Positions 37,201-48,862 of a DNA stretch of 64,000 nucleotides are shown here, one piece after another. The stretch covers positions 496,001 through 560,000 of the forward strand of contig NW_026782164.1 in assembly GCF_031769215.1 (NCBI RefSeq), written 5' to 3'. The notes under the pieces are model-generated. The model saw only the letters and a list, made by a program, of their open reading frames with translations, did no database searches and was not told the DNA's origin. Every line of letters starts with the position of its first letter. Position 1 is the stretch's first letter. The DNA comes from Ylistrum balloti. Taxonomy: Eukaryota. The position numbers and the translations under genes were made by a program.

Positions 37201-38889
37201 ATGATATCACAATCACTTTAGTGTAAACATGTATGTATTGCTATACGTAACGAGAAGTCATCAATAAGCTCTTATTTTTACGCTATTAGATGTGCTATCA
37301 TGTCATTATGATACGTTTTATATAACTAGTACATTTATCAAACAACCTTACTGAATGTTTGAATGAAACATCTATTGACGTATTAGCGGTTCGTGACGTC
37401 TGACATTTAGATATTACAGCCGATAATTGCTATTAACCTTGAAAGTATTGCTCTTCGTGAGAAGGCTGACAATTTTAGTTTGGAAACTCTTGAATTATTA
37501 AGTACCTTGGAAAATGATCGAGGGAAAGTGTAAAACCACTTAAACTAAGTGTTCAGGAATGTCACCACGATCACCTGCACGAGGTGTAGAGTTTCTTCAT
37601 TGATTGTTATGAAATATTGTTGATGTTTGAGTATATACATGTGTTAATGAATGTGAAATTCCCTGTAGTCGTCTTGACTTTTGTACCTACAGTTGGATTG
37701 CAAAGATAGACGTTCAGACTAAACCATGTATATTTGGATTATTACATTGTACTCCATGGATGAAGTATATCCATAACTGTGTGGTACGAAAACAAATCTT
37801 TCGGAAATTAAAAAAAATGACATTTTGGATACATCTTTATGTAAAGGATTTAATACATCAGACAAGGACTGACAAATGAGAGTTAGTATATTATTACAGT
37901 TGTAAATCAGATACACGCTGAATATTAAGACACACTTGTAATTTTAAGTGTTTTGTTTACAAAGAGTCCCACGTTACCAGTGAAGCGACACATATAAACA
38001 CTATATAAGTAAACATTAGATGGACGTCTCTTTATGTCACAGCAATGAATTATTTAAAATCTCATACCTTCAGAAAAGGACATTTCATTTTCATTACTTC
38101 TGTTTAACTCTCCTTTTGTAAACAAAAAATATATGCACAGGTAAATCTTAAGTGTTGTGTTTGTTATACATGCGACCAACCGGCAGTGATCCGGACCTGT
38201 CACGTATATACTCATATACAGGTAAACTTTTGTTCCCCGAAGTACCACTATTCGCCACGTTCTAAGATGTGAAACTATATACGATAAGACTTGTTAATGC
38301 AAGTCAAGTGTTATTTCGAAAACTGTCGAATTACATATTATTTTTATAATCATCGATCAATTTTAATGTTCATAAGATCGCTATTTAGTATTGATTTTAC
38401 GTTTAATTTTCAATCCGTAATATAAGCCAACCATTTTTATCAATCAGCACAAAATGTGTGATCCTATCACGTGATCATGCGCACGATACTGTATCGTGCG
38501 TGTTTGCTCACGATGTGCTCACGATCTGCGCACGACGTTTTTGGTGCGTTGTACGATATCACAACTGTAGAAATCATCAAAAATATAATAAAAAGTTATG
38601 ATATTCCTGTACACATGTCGATATTTGGATGAAGCTGAAGTTCATAGTAAATTCGGCTCACACTTACTTCATTTCCGTCTTAAATCAATATTAAAAAAGA
38701 AAACGATTTTGAAAGGGCAATTTTTAATTACATTGAATATAGTTTCTTGTCCTGATGTTCTAACTTGGGTTGTACAAGGTCAAACACTGCTTCCACACAT
38801 TTCAAGTAGTTTAAATTCTGTGATTCGGCAATACTTCATTCGTCAGATTCTTGAACTCATTCAGCTTATTTCCTTATTACACGATTTTG

Positions 38890-40070
38890 AGGTTTGTCTT
38901 TGTATTTCGGTTATATCATTCTTAAACGATTCCGTTGATTGCCATTTTCTCCTGTCAAATCATTGCCAGATAATGTGGCCAGACATTGTGTCTCGGTTAA
39001 ATTGTTTCCACAAGATTGCCATAGTATCCTTATTAATTACTTGTCCCATGATTCTGCAGTTGATCTTCCCGTCATAGTTAAATCCCTGTCAAATGACGGC
39101 TATGTTTGTGTCTCGGTAAAATCCGTATTGAATTATTCTGATGACTGTCTTTGTGTCACGTCTAAATCCTTTTCAAAAGATTTCGATAACTGTCCTTGGG
39201 TCTCGGCTAAATCCTTGTCAACCGATTCTGTTGGTTATCTTTGTGTCTCGGTTAAGTCCTTGTCAATTGATTCTGCTAGTTGTCTCTCTGTCTCGACTAA
39301 ATCCTTCTCAACCAATTCTGCTAATTGTCTTTCTGTCTCGACTAAATCCTTGTCAACCGATTCTGCTAGTTGTCTTTCTGTCTCGACTAAATCCTTGTCA
39401 ACCGATTCTGACGGTTGTCTTCTTGTCTCGATTAAATCCTTGTAAACCCATCCTACCAGCCGTCTTTGCGTCTTTGCATAACCGTGTCAACCGATTCCGA
39501 CAGTTGTCTTTGTATTTTGGTTAAATCCTTGTCAGCTGATTCTGACGGTTGTCTTCGTGTTTCGGTTAAATCCTTGTAAACCGATTCTGACGGTTGTCTT
39601 TGTATCTCGGTTAAATCCTTGTCGACCGATTCTGCCAGTTGTCTTTCAGTCTCTACTAAATCCTTGTCAACCGATTCTGCCAGTTGTCTTTCTGTCTCGA
39701 CTAAATCCTTGTCAACCGATTCTGACGGTTGTCTTCTTGTCTCGATTAAATCCTTGTAAACCCATCCTACCAGCCGTCTTTGCGTCTTGGCATAATCCGT
39801 GTCAACCGATTCCGACAGTTGTCTTTGTATTTTGGTTAAATCCTTGTCAGCTGATTCTGACGGTTGTCTTCGTGTTTCGGTTAAATCCTTGTAAACCGAT
39901 TCTGACGGTTGTCTTTGTGTCTCGGTTAAATCCTTGTCGACCGATTCTGCCAGTTGTCTTTCAGTCTCTACTAAATCCTTCTCAACCGATTCTGCCAGTT
40001 GTCTTTCTGTCTCGTCTAAATCCTTGTCAACCGATTCTGACGGTTGTCTGTGTGTCTTTTTTAAATCCTT
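38890..40070 (-). repeat. 45-bp (15-aa) tandem array with a 7-unit higher-order duplication, at the 3' end of the STAND-TPR gene
   Basis: Unit about TTCTGCTAGTTGTCTTTCTGTCTCGACTAAATCCTTGTCAACCGA = ESVDKDL(V/T)ET(E/Q)RQ(LA/PS); roughly 26 units. The variant unit ...GWVYKDLIE recurs at 39431 and 39745 (314 bp apart). Confidence 0.95.
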
Positions 40071-43000
40071 ATCAAACGATCCCGACGACTGCATTTGTGT
40101 CGCGGTTAAATTCTTGTCACAAGCAGCGTTTTCGCAATATGAAAAGACACGATACCCATTTTGGCATAGTGAACAATGTTTACTTAACAATATGCGCCCG
40201 TTTTCATTCCAGTTTTCCTCCTCATTTGCTAAATAGATATCCCTGCATTCTGAAATTTGTTGTTCGATATTCAAGTTTGTGTCTGTTATGTCCAGCAATT
40301 CCCTTTGTAAACACAAAAACGTATTTTTTCTTTGATGTGAATCACCTAACAGCAAACAATGACGTAGTGCGCCAATCTTAACTGAGACATCATCTGTTTT
40401 GATTGTGTGATACTTCGCTATTATTTGACTGAATGCTCTTCTTGCATTGTATTCGTCTTTCATAGCTAAGTGACAATGAGCTATACCAGCACCAACACCG
40501 AAGATTGCAGGGTGTTGCGGTGTACACATTTCAAGAATTTTAAAGGCTTGCTGAATGGTATCCAATGCCCGTGAAAAGTTGCCTCTGCAAATTATCATAT
40601 ATAAACACAATTCAGCTAGTTTTGCTTTTAATCCATATAATACTTTATTAAAACAAATTTATTATTAAGTCAATGTAAACACCTAATAGTTCATTTCTTC
40701 ATTGAATAACAAATATTCAAACTACATATAACTATTGTAGCAACATTTATGCGCTTATAACAAACGTGTACTCACAGTTGCATATAGACAACCCCGCTAT
40801 ACCATAGTGTCACCGCTGTGAAGTGATTAATCCATCCAAACCGTTTGCGGATTTCCATGGCCTCCTCCAGATTGCTCAGGGCATCGCCTGAAATAACGAA
40901 GTATAACGAAAAATATACTGTCAGATTCTTAAACACATACGGACATATTTTTAACTCCTCTAAGAGTAGTTGCCGACCAACTTGTGTCTACCTACTGTAT
41001 CTCCCTGTCCGAACGAACTGTAAAGACACATTGAGTAAAGCTGGGACGAGGTTCTCCTCTTTGAAGTAGGAATGCTTTCTTCTTTCCTTCAAGGACCACT
41101 TGTAGTATTGCAAAGCATTGACATGGCTCCGCCCAGCTAAAAAAGTAAGTTTAGGATCTTCTTTAGTTGAATGTAATGTATGACGTGTCTTTTTCAGGGT
41201 GTACCTAAATCATTGACGACGTATCAATTAACAATGTACTTAGGTATCAAGACGTTGGTAACTATTTATTTACTATGGCGACAACTAGTAATATCAGTAT
41301 TCAATGATTCAGCATAATTTATTACCTGTTTTGCTACGCTCTAGCAAAAAATAATTTCAAATCTGTTTAACATGATTCAGCAGCTAAGACAAAAATTTGT
41401 CCAGAGAATGATTTTAGCTCTTATTGTAATATACAACACTCTGGTTTGAAGTAATGACTTTGCCTTAGATATGCAATACCTACAAGAGTAGCGTTGCATT
41501 ATATACTAATGATACATGTTTTAGTGTAGTAAGACACAAAATGGTGGTAAACATTCAAACAACTATACAAATGCTGCAGGTATGATGCTTTAAGACAGTG
41601 AAGTGTAATATGATGGTGCTTTCAAGCAAATGTGACAATACCACTGATTGCTATATCAAAGTGTTTCAATTTCGAAAATTGAGTTTTGGTACAACTGAAC
41701 TTGCAACACTTCAAAGTTAAAAAAAAAAGGAAAGATTTGAATATGAAATTAATAAATTAAAAATATTCAATTTTGAAATATCACAACTTTTTTTTCAAAA
41801 CTTAAATTCATTATCATGTTTGTAAGAGAATGATGACTCTTATCCGATATGCCTGTAAAACCGTTTAACCATGTACGTACAGTTTTCCCACATCAAGCCC
41901 ATTGTATTGAGCATGACGGCAATGGCAGGATGATGAGGTGTCTCCCGACAAGCTATATGTAGACCTCGATCTACTGTTCTTTCCGAATTGCTATGGTTTT
42001 CTGACGTAGAAAATCAAAGGTAAAAAATGCAATTGTATTACTCAATTATTCAATGTAATGCAAACGAATAATTCATATGGATATAAATCCAGATGTTGGT
42101 TAAGAATATAGGTCATTAACAAGATCTGTGAGCAATTTTACAATCAAAAACCTCTTTTGAAGATGTGGACATTTTGTAATCGTTGTATTGTAATATGACG
42201 GTTAATGAGCTGCATTGCTTAAAAAATGAAATATTTAGATATCTTACCTAGATACACTTCAGATATTGCTAGATGAGACAATAGCGCCACTTCTCTTCGC
42301 GTGACCATCACTGACCGCTCAATACCAGCAAGCATAGCCAGTGCCTCAGACAACAACCTGTATCAAATACCAAAACATCATTTTTGACAACGACAGGTTG
42401 ACTGAATTTGTCTTTAGAGGACAAATTATTATTATATGATTTTGTGATTGTGGTTGTAATAATAAATCATTTACCTGGTACATTTTCGTATTGTTATTCT
42501 AGTATATTAATCATTATATTTTACAAGTTTTTGTTACTTCGTCATGCAATAACATATACATTACAAATAAAATAGTTATCAGGGTTTGTATCGGCGGCAG
42601 CTATGTCGGGTTTAAGTGCAATATGATAAATGACAGGTCGAATGATTCAGAAATCTAACACATATATCGACATATATATTACATTATATACACTATTCCG
42701 TGACAAATTATGTAAATGTAATGTGAATTGAAGAAAATGTGAAAGAGAAGAAAACAACTAGATGTCCGAACTATCTTTTTAATCACCGATTATTATTGTA
42801 ACATAATGGCTCCTGCCCGACATACCGGTTTAATCCAACATAATTTTCATCTTAATGTTCGCTACTACAGATATCTTATGATAAAGATATATAGGGTTTC
42901 TGGCATTGTTCGACGAAAATGTGAGGTTGTTGTAACCCAGCAGAGAATGTATTGCGGAACAGTATAGATAGAGAACGACCAACAAGCCTACGCCAAGTGC

Positions 43001-46000
43001 ACTCCTAGTTTTCGTAAATTATTGCCCATCTTGGCCTTTGTAAGCATTCAGTTGATTTCGCCGTTGGTCAGGAAAGTGATGACCCAATAAGAAACACCTT
43101 TTCTATATTGATCGGCTTTATACATTTCAGAAAGTAAACTTTCTACACGAACCTTTTCACGACCTTTTCTTTAAAAAAAAAAAGAAAATATCAACATGTT
43201 TATATAACCAAAAGCATGATTTGCCAGTATATCGTTTTTGGAAAGATTGCAGCATAATATATAGAGGTGGTTTCCTTCATTCTTAAGCCAGCATAGTTAT
43301 TTTTGTATACAGAAAATGCAACAATAATTGCAGACAAGGGTCAGGTTTTTGAACGCCTTATATGCAGGCTCAATAACAAACCTGTCATGTAAATCTTGAA
43401 GTGTGGATTTAACATGAGGATGACGGAAAGCTGACCCGCGTATATTTTCATTGCATCTCCATTAATTAGCGAGTTGTTGAAGGTTCACTACCTCGCTGCC
43501 ATTTGTATGGAAAGGTTTTGATAGCCGGATTTGTGTGACAACCTCAATCATCTTATGTAGTCAAACAATAATTTCCACATGTCACCAGATGCAGTATTAG
43601 CTGAATCCACTTGCAGTTTTCGTAGCACGGAGAAAGGAATCGAATATAACGTAGTTCGAAATTGATGGACACCTAATAGTTTCTGTAAAGTCAAAACGTT
43701 ACTGTTATTGTATCCAGGACTGGGAAAAAAAATCACAGCCCACGCGGTCATTGCAGTCATATGACGCAGCAGTGCAAAGGAGTCTTACGTCATGTTCCTC
43801 ACGTTGTCAACGGTACGGTGTGCTCAATGTGCTGTCATTTGCACGGTTATACTTTTCACAAGATACGGACATTAATTGACAGTATAAAATGGTCCGTGAG
43901 GTTGAAATGTCGATACAAACATTCTACTCGCTGTTTACTGCTGAATGATTACCATTAATTCCTTGTTTTGACTGTTCTTTTGTTTCACCAACATAAATTC
44001 TTAATGTCCCGCAGAGAATAAAATTACAAAAGTGATTCTGTTGATCTGTCATTTTGCAATACGAGATATCTAAAAGATTGACAATTTCCTAGTTCTAGAT
44101 CGATGGCTGTTTTGGCATTTCACGTGAATTGCTATACTTCTAGTTTTTTCATAGTTTTTTACAATATCTATTGTTTCATCATTTTCAGATTCATTAACAG
44201 CTGTCAGAATGCAAATATAATCATATGATGTTATGTTATTGTATGTTATAAGTACGTTATTGCAACAGCTTTTTACGAGGTGTTTGGTTCTGATATTTTT
44301 GTGTATTTATATTCAATATCATTACTTGCCAACGTGTACATGTATGTTTGTATTTAATTGATCATATAATGCTCTTTCCGTTTCAATAATCAATGTAGGA
44401 CACACAATTATAACTCCAGAGAACGTCTTGTTCCATACTAACTTACCGGTGTCCATTTCTGGCATTGCCTATCCTGTTGTATGTTTGTCCCATCAGACCT
44501 TTTATTGCTGCTAAATGATAGGATGGACCCTCAAGGTGCAGAATACGAACGGCAGCCTTACATAGTTCCAGAACGTCCATGTTGTTCGCTTTATCTGAAA
44601 ATCCCAGTACAAGTATTTAAGAATTAAAATCACGAATGAAAGATATCTCGAATTTGCTTGGAAATCACCTGAGAAAGCAATAGTCAGTCTCATAATTTAT
44701 ACAAAAATAAATCACCGAGAATATATATCAAGTATACGTGTATATTCTGAAAGTCAACGAGCAGTTTCTGCAGATTAGAAAAAGGTCACACAAGTGGCAG
44801 TATTTTTCAATACAAAACCATACAGCTGTTTTCTCCTTTTGGGACTTGTCAGTGATCCTTTATTTTGAAATCTAGGAGAAGACTAAAGAGAATAAAATTT
44901 TATCGGAGAAATTTTAAAATCCAGAAACAAAATAAACATTTTTTTATTATTTTCTACCACAAATCTCTTTAAGATAGCTAAATTCTTAACTTAGCATTCC
45001 TTTTAACTAATATAACAAATGCTTGGATAATGTTTAGACGTATGCATATATGAAATTGCATTAATTAAATAATATCTTAACCTTTCCCGTAGGGATTGCT
45101 ATTCTGTGCCATGAGCCAAAGAATCAGTGCTCTTTCTCTAGCCGTTCCGAACACTGAGGCTGCGGCCATCAGGCTCTCGTAGAAACGCTCCACCTCCTGA
45201 TTGGAGAAACAGACGGTGAACACCTCCTCAGCAGATACAACCACCTAGATAACAGACTTGTGCTTATTGACTACGATTATCAGGCAACCATGACTAACAC
45301 AGATACAACGAAAATACTTTAATAAAAAATACTTATATATGTCATACAAATAACATGAAAACTATACTGGGTGTCTTAAGTATGTTTCCATATACCATTT
45401 CTTATATACATACAAAATGCACACAAGTAAACTTTCTATATTTAAAAAGCTTTATCAAATGAAAAAGTATCTGCTTAATAATAAGATCATAAAGTTAATC
45501 ATCATTCTGGAACTCGTCAGTAGTGGTATTGTTCTAAAATCACGAAGGCGAATATACATGATACTTTTAACGGTTAGAACTAAAAAGAATATATAGACAG
45601 GAAGATAAGCAATACTTGTAAAGCTATGAATACTTAATATTAGGTAATTTGGAAATAACACATACATGTGTATTGGCTTAAGGAGTTTATCACGTTCACA
45701 TTTTACAGTGAATAGGGCCTCCCAACTTAATGACATCACCACCACACCACGGAACACTTATGTGACCTTTTCACATTACCGCTCAACATTGCTACGAATT
45801 TAATTGAATTTCATATTTACAGTTATTTTTCTTATTTTACCGATGTTTTGTCTACGTTGTCTTTATTTCTAGTTTAAATTCAACAAACCTGCATGAGAAG
45901 TGGAAATATTTCTTCAGTACAATGCATGGTCTGTTGCATCAGCTGTCGGACATTATCGAAGTCTGCATGAAGATGATTCAGCACATTCTCGCGTCCATGC

Positions 46001-47594
46001 ACGTACACTCTATGGTCTATATCTTGAAGAGTCCGACAGAAGAATTTTGTAAATTGTAAACGGCCAGAATTTAATTCAGTAACATCTTGTATATTTTCTA
46101 ACATATGACAATGAAAAAAGGCATTAACTTCATATCTGTCCGATTGCATACATTTCGACACCACGGATTGGTCACACAACTCAATAAGAGACACATAGGG
46201 ACTTTGTCCTGTCGTTTTAGATTGTAAAAGAACTTCCGTTGCCGCTTCTTTTGAGAAGGATCCCTGGAAAAGTGTTAACAACATAGCACCTTTCTTCATG
46301 TTTTCGGACATTCGATCGAAGAAATATTGCAATCTCTGTCGATGAAATGAAAGAATTTTCATCAGCGACCCAGGAGACTGTACTATGGCAACAAGATCAT
46401 CTACACTAACCACGTGTTGAGGGTTGTCCAACAACATGGCAGCCTCCACGATTAACCCAGGAAGATAGCAGCATCCACGAACAATGTCCCGAGAGTGTAT
46501 TTTTATATCAGCATGTCTTTGCGCTACATTTTGCAGTAATAATACCCCATCGGATTCTGTAACGCCGGCTAGGAACACGGCTCGCTTTGATAGCGATGAT
46601 GGATACATAATGCGTTTTTGGCTTGTCACTAAGATAAATATTTTCCTTGAGATTTGCAAGATTTTTTGGCAGAACATAATAAATTGCTCTTGCAATATAG
46701 GTGTACATATAACATTGTCTACTTTTGTAAATACAAAGAGGATCCGTGAAAATTGATTGTCGTTCGTCATCAATCTGATGTGGTTGGTTATACAACGTTC
46801 AGAAGAGTTGTCTTGTCTGCTTTGATCGCCAGATGCAATCACTAACTCATCCAACCAATCATTCCAATCCCTCGTATACTCCCCCGACGTACCTATACAT
46901 CTCAATGGTAATCCTCTCTCCCTACATTCTTCAGCAAGGTCGTCCTTAATCTATAATCAATACAGTCATAGCAAGTCTTAAACATATTGTTAAAAAAAGA
47001 AAGTCACACAATACATTGTCAAAACTTAAACACATTTTTTAAAAACAAAATCATTATACTATCAAATGAAGTCAACTGCTGGCATTAGTGAAGAAGACAT
47101 GTTGGCTTAAACGGTCACCATACTTATCTCAACTGAACTTAAACAGCAAACAACGAAAAAATAAATCAAATCGGTTCCATTCCTAAACTCGTCTGAAATC
47201 TTACTGATATAAGGCTGAATTCAAAGTTTCACTAAAATCCGTTCGTATTTACTCAAGTTATCATGCTTAGAAGAAAAATTTAACGAACGATGACGGACTA
47301 AAAATAGTGGCAACAAATCACCATAACCTGTTATCAGGTGACCTAGGTGTGGTATGAAACTTGTAGTCACTCGCTCATGTAAAACAAAACACAGAACACA
47401 GAAATTACCTTGACGTCCAGAGAAAATAGACGAACTACACTGCTATTCACTATGCTTACCTTTTGAGCCAGTCGTTGCTTGCCTGTGAAAGGTGGTCCAT
47501 ATACCTGTATAAGTCTGTGTCGACCTTGTCGGAACCAAACTTTTATTTCCTCACAGTCTCTTCGTCTCCCTACAAACGGTATACTTTCATCCAT
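39453..47594 (-). CDS. STAND/NB-ARC-like NTPase with winged helix, TPR repeats and C-terminal 15-aa repeats, 1040 aa
   Basis: Exons 47594-47460, 46950-45889, 45244-45082, 44594-44447, 42357-42248, 42000-41881, 41136-40996, 40887-40776, 40584-39453 (3123 nt, all GT-AG, phases consistent). FVGR..., P-loop GPPFTGKQ, ILVTSQ, CCYLPGLI, FQGSFSKEAA winged helix; TPR-like helices such as AVMLNTMGLMWE...NALQYYKWSLKERRK and DALSNLEEAMEIRKR. Start ATG inferred (in-frame TAG 60 nt upstream, which could alternatively be a splice acceptor). Confidence 0.88.
43321..43430 (-). mobile_element. Recognisable core of a decayed Penelope-like element in intron 4 of the STAND-TPR gene (element probably spans about 42900-43950)
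   Basis: FRHPHVKSTLQDLHDRFVIEPAYKAFKNLTLVC resembles the pre-RT motif LxxLHxKYVxVPADKAxNNxxxVC of the same PLE family; surrounding frames are interrupted. Confidence 0.55.
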
Positions 47595-47854
47595 GTCTCT
47601 GTAATGCTCTGAAGACGTCTTCTCCAATGGCCGAATCTCACCATACTATAAAACATTGAATACCACCAGAAATGTAACGCGTCCCCTAACAGTGATGTTT
47701 ACGAGTACAAACGTAATACTAACCGGTGTGGTTTATTACACATGATGTCTTTCTGTTGTTTACGTCCTCGGCCATTATATTAATATGGCTGCATCCCTGT
47801 AGATATTCCAGTTTTGAGGAAGTGTATTTTAAGGATTCAATAGTACATACAACA

Positions 47855-47910
47855 TACCTTCCGGAAAGATTATTGGGCACTTATGGCCTGTAGTGTACCC
47901 GGAAGTAAAA
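47855..47910. promoter_or_regulatory. ETS-type sites in the probable promoter of the STAND-TPR gene
   Basis: TTCCGGAA (47859-47866) and CCGGAAGT (47899-47906), 260-310 bp upstream of the inferred ATG. Confidence 0.35.
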
Positions 47911-48671
47911 TCAAAATGTGATGATAACATTACACATACGATGTCTATTGAGTCTATCAATAGTTATGGTAAACCGTGCTACGCCCAATACTTAAAGTTT
48001 CACGCATTACATAGAGAAAATGAGGTTAAGATCTAGGGACACAGCCAGAGTGATCAAACAATATGTCTAAAGTAAACACGATAATGCAATAAAATCCCAA
48101 TGTCTTATCTGCAGTGTGGTGGGTGCAGCCGGTTAGGTATTCGGTGCAAGTAATGAATAATATCTACTGGACCGGGAATGTCAGCTATGCTTATACAATG
48201 TGTTATAAATTATACATCTACAACACATCAGACTGCACTTCAGTAACTACATTTACTCCTTGTCTATTCATAATTGAACCATATCAGCACATTGATAACT
48301 TAACATGTAATGGGCATTTCCTCGTGTTGGTTATGTCTATAGAATAGAAGTTCTTATAACACAGCCAGTAGACGATTTAAGTAGGACCAAGGTGACCGTA
48401 CAGTCATCGAAACGTTACATTTAAATGTAAGGAGACCGTTTAATTATGGGAACTTCACATTTAATCTTTTACTGGTTGTGTTATAAGATCTACAACTCTA
48501 CAACTCCACGTGTCTGAAAGTAGTTCATTTTTATACAGACCTATAACTAGCGTATATATAAAAGCTTTATTATCAGATGTGCTCTGGGCAAACTACATGC
48601 AGTAAAATGATATTAATAAATAGAAAAAATATTTATTTTATAACAATTGTGAAAAAAGTTTTCCAACTTAC

Positions 48672-48862
48672 AATAATCACCCTTGTGGGCCCGGATAGAA
48701 GCGCGCAAGGGGTCCTACTGTAAAAGGAAACCGGTGTACCAAGGGAATACCCACGTGTTCGGCCAGGTGACCCAATATCTTTTCACATCAAATTCCGGGA
48801 ATCGAATCCAGGGCGACTAGGTGAAAGCCAAGTGCGTTACCACTGGGCGACCTGACCACCCA
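48672..48862 (-). mobile_element. tRNA-derived SINE with a Meta/V-type conserved core
   Basis: Minus strand: A-box-like GGTCGCCCAGTGG, B-box GGATTCGATTCC, then GTGAAAAG...GGGTCACCTGGCCGAACACGTGGGTATTCCCTTGGTACACCGGTTTCC, resembling the GTGGGTTTTCTCCGGGTACTCCGGTTTCC core of bivalve Meta/V-SINEs. Confidence 0.8.

Noticed and set aside
38598-40381. Long plus-strand ORFs (159, 168, 127, 274 and 100 aa) with Cys- or Ser-rich repeats
   Set aside because: These are antisense shadows of the 45-bp in-frame repeat and last exon of the STAND-TPR gene; most lack ATG starts and none has promoter or splice support.
47367-47627. 86-aa ORF as a standalone gene
   Set aside because: It starts at TTG and reads through the donor at 47459; it is exon 1 of the STAND-TPR gene.
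48790-48862. tRNA gene
   Set aside because: A and B boxes are present but there is no closable acceptor stem, and the sequence continues into a SINE core, so it is a SINE head.
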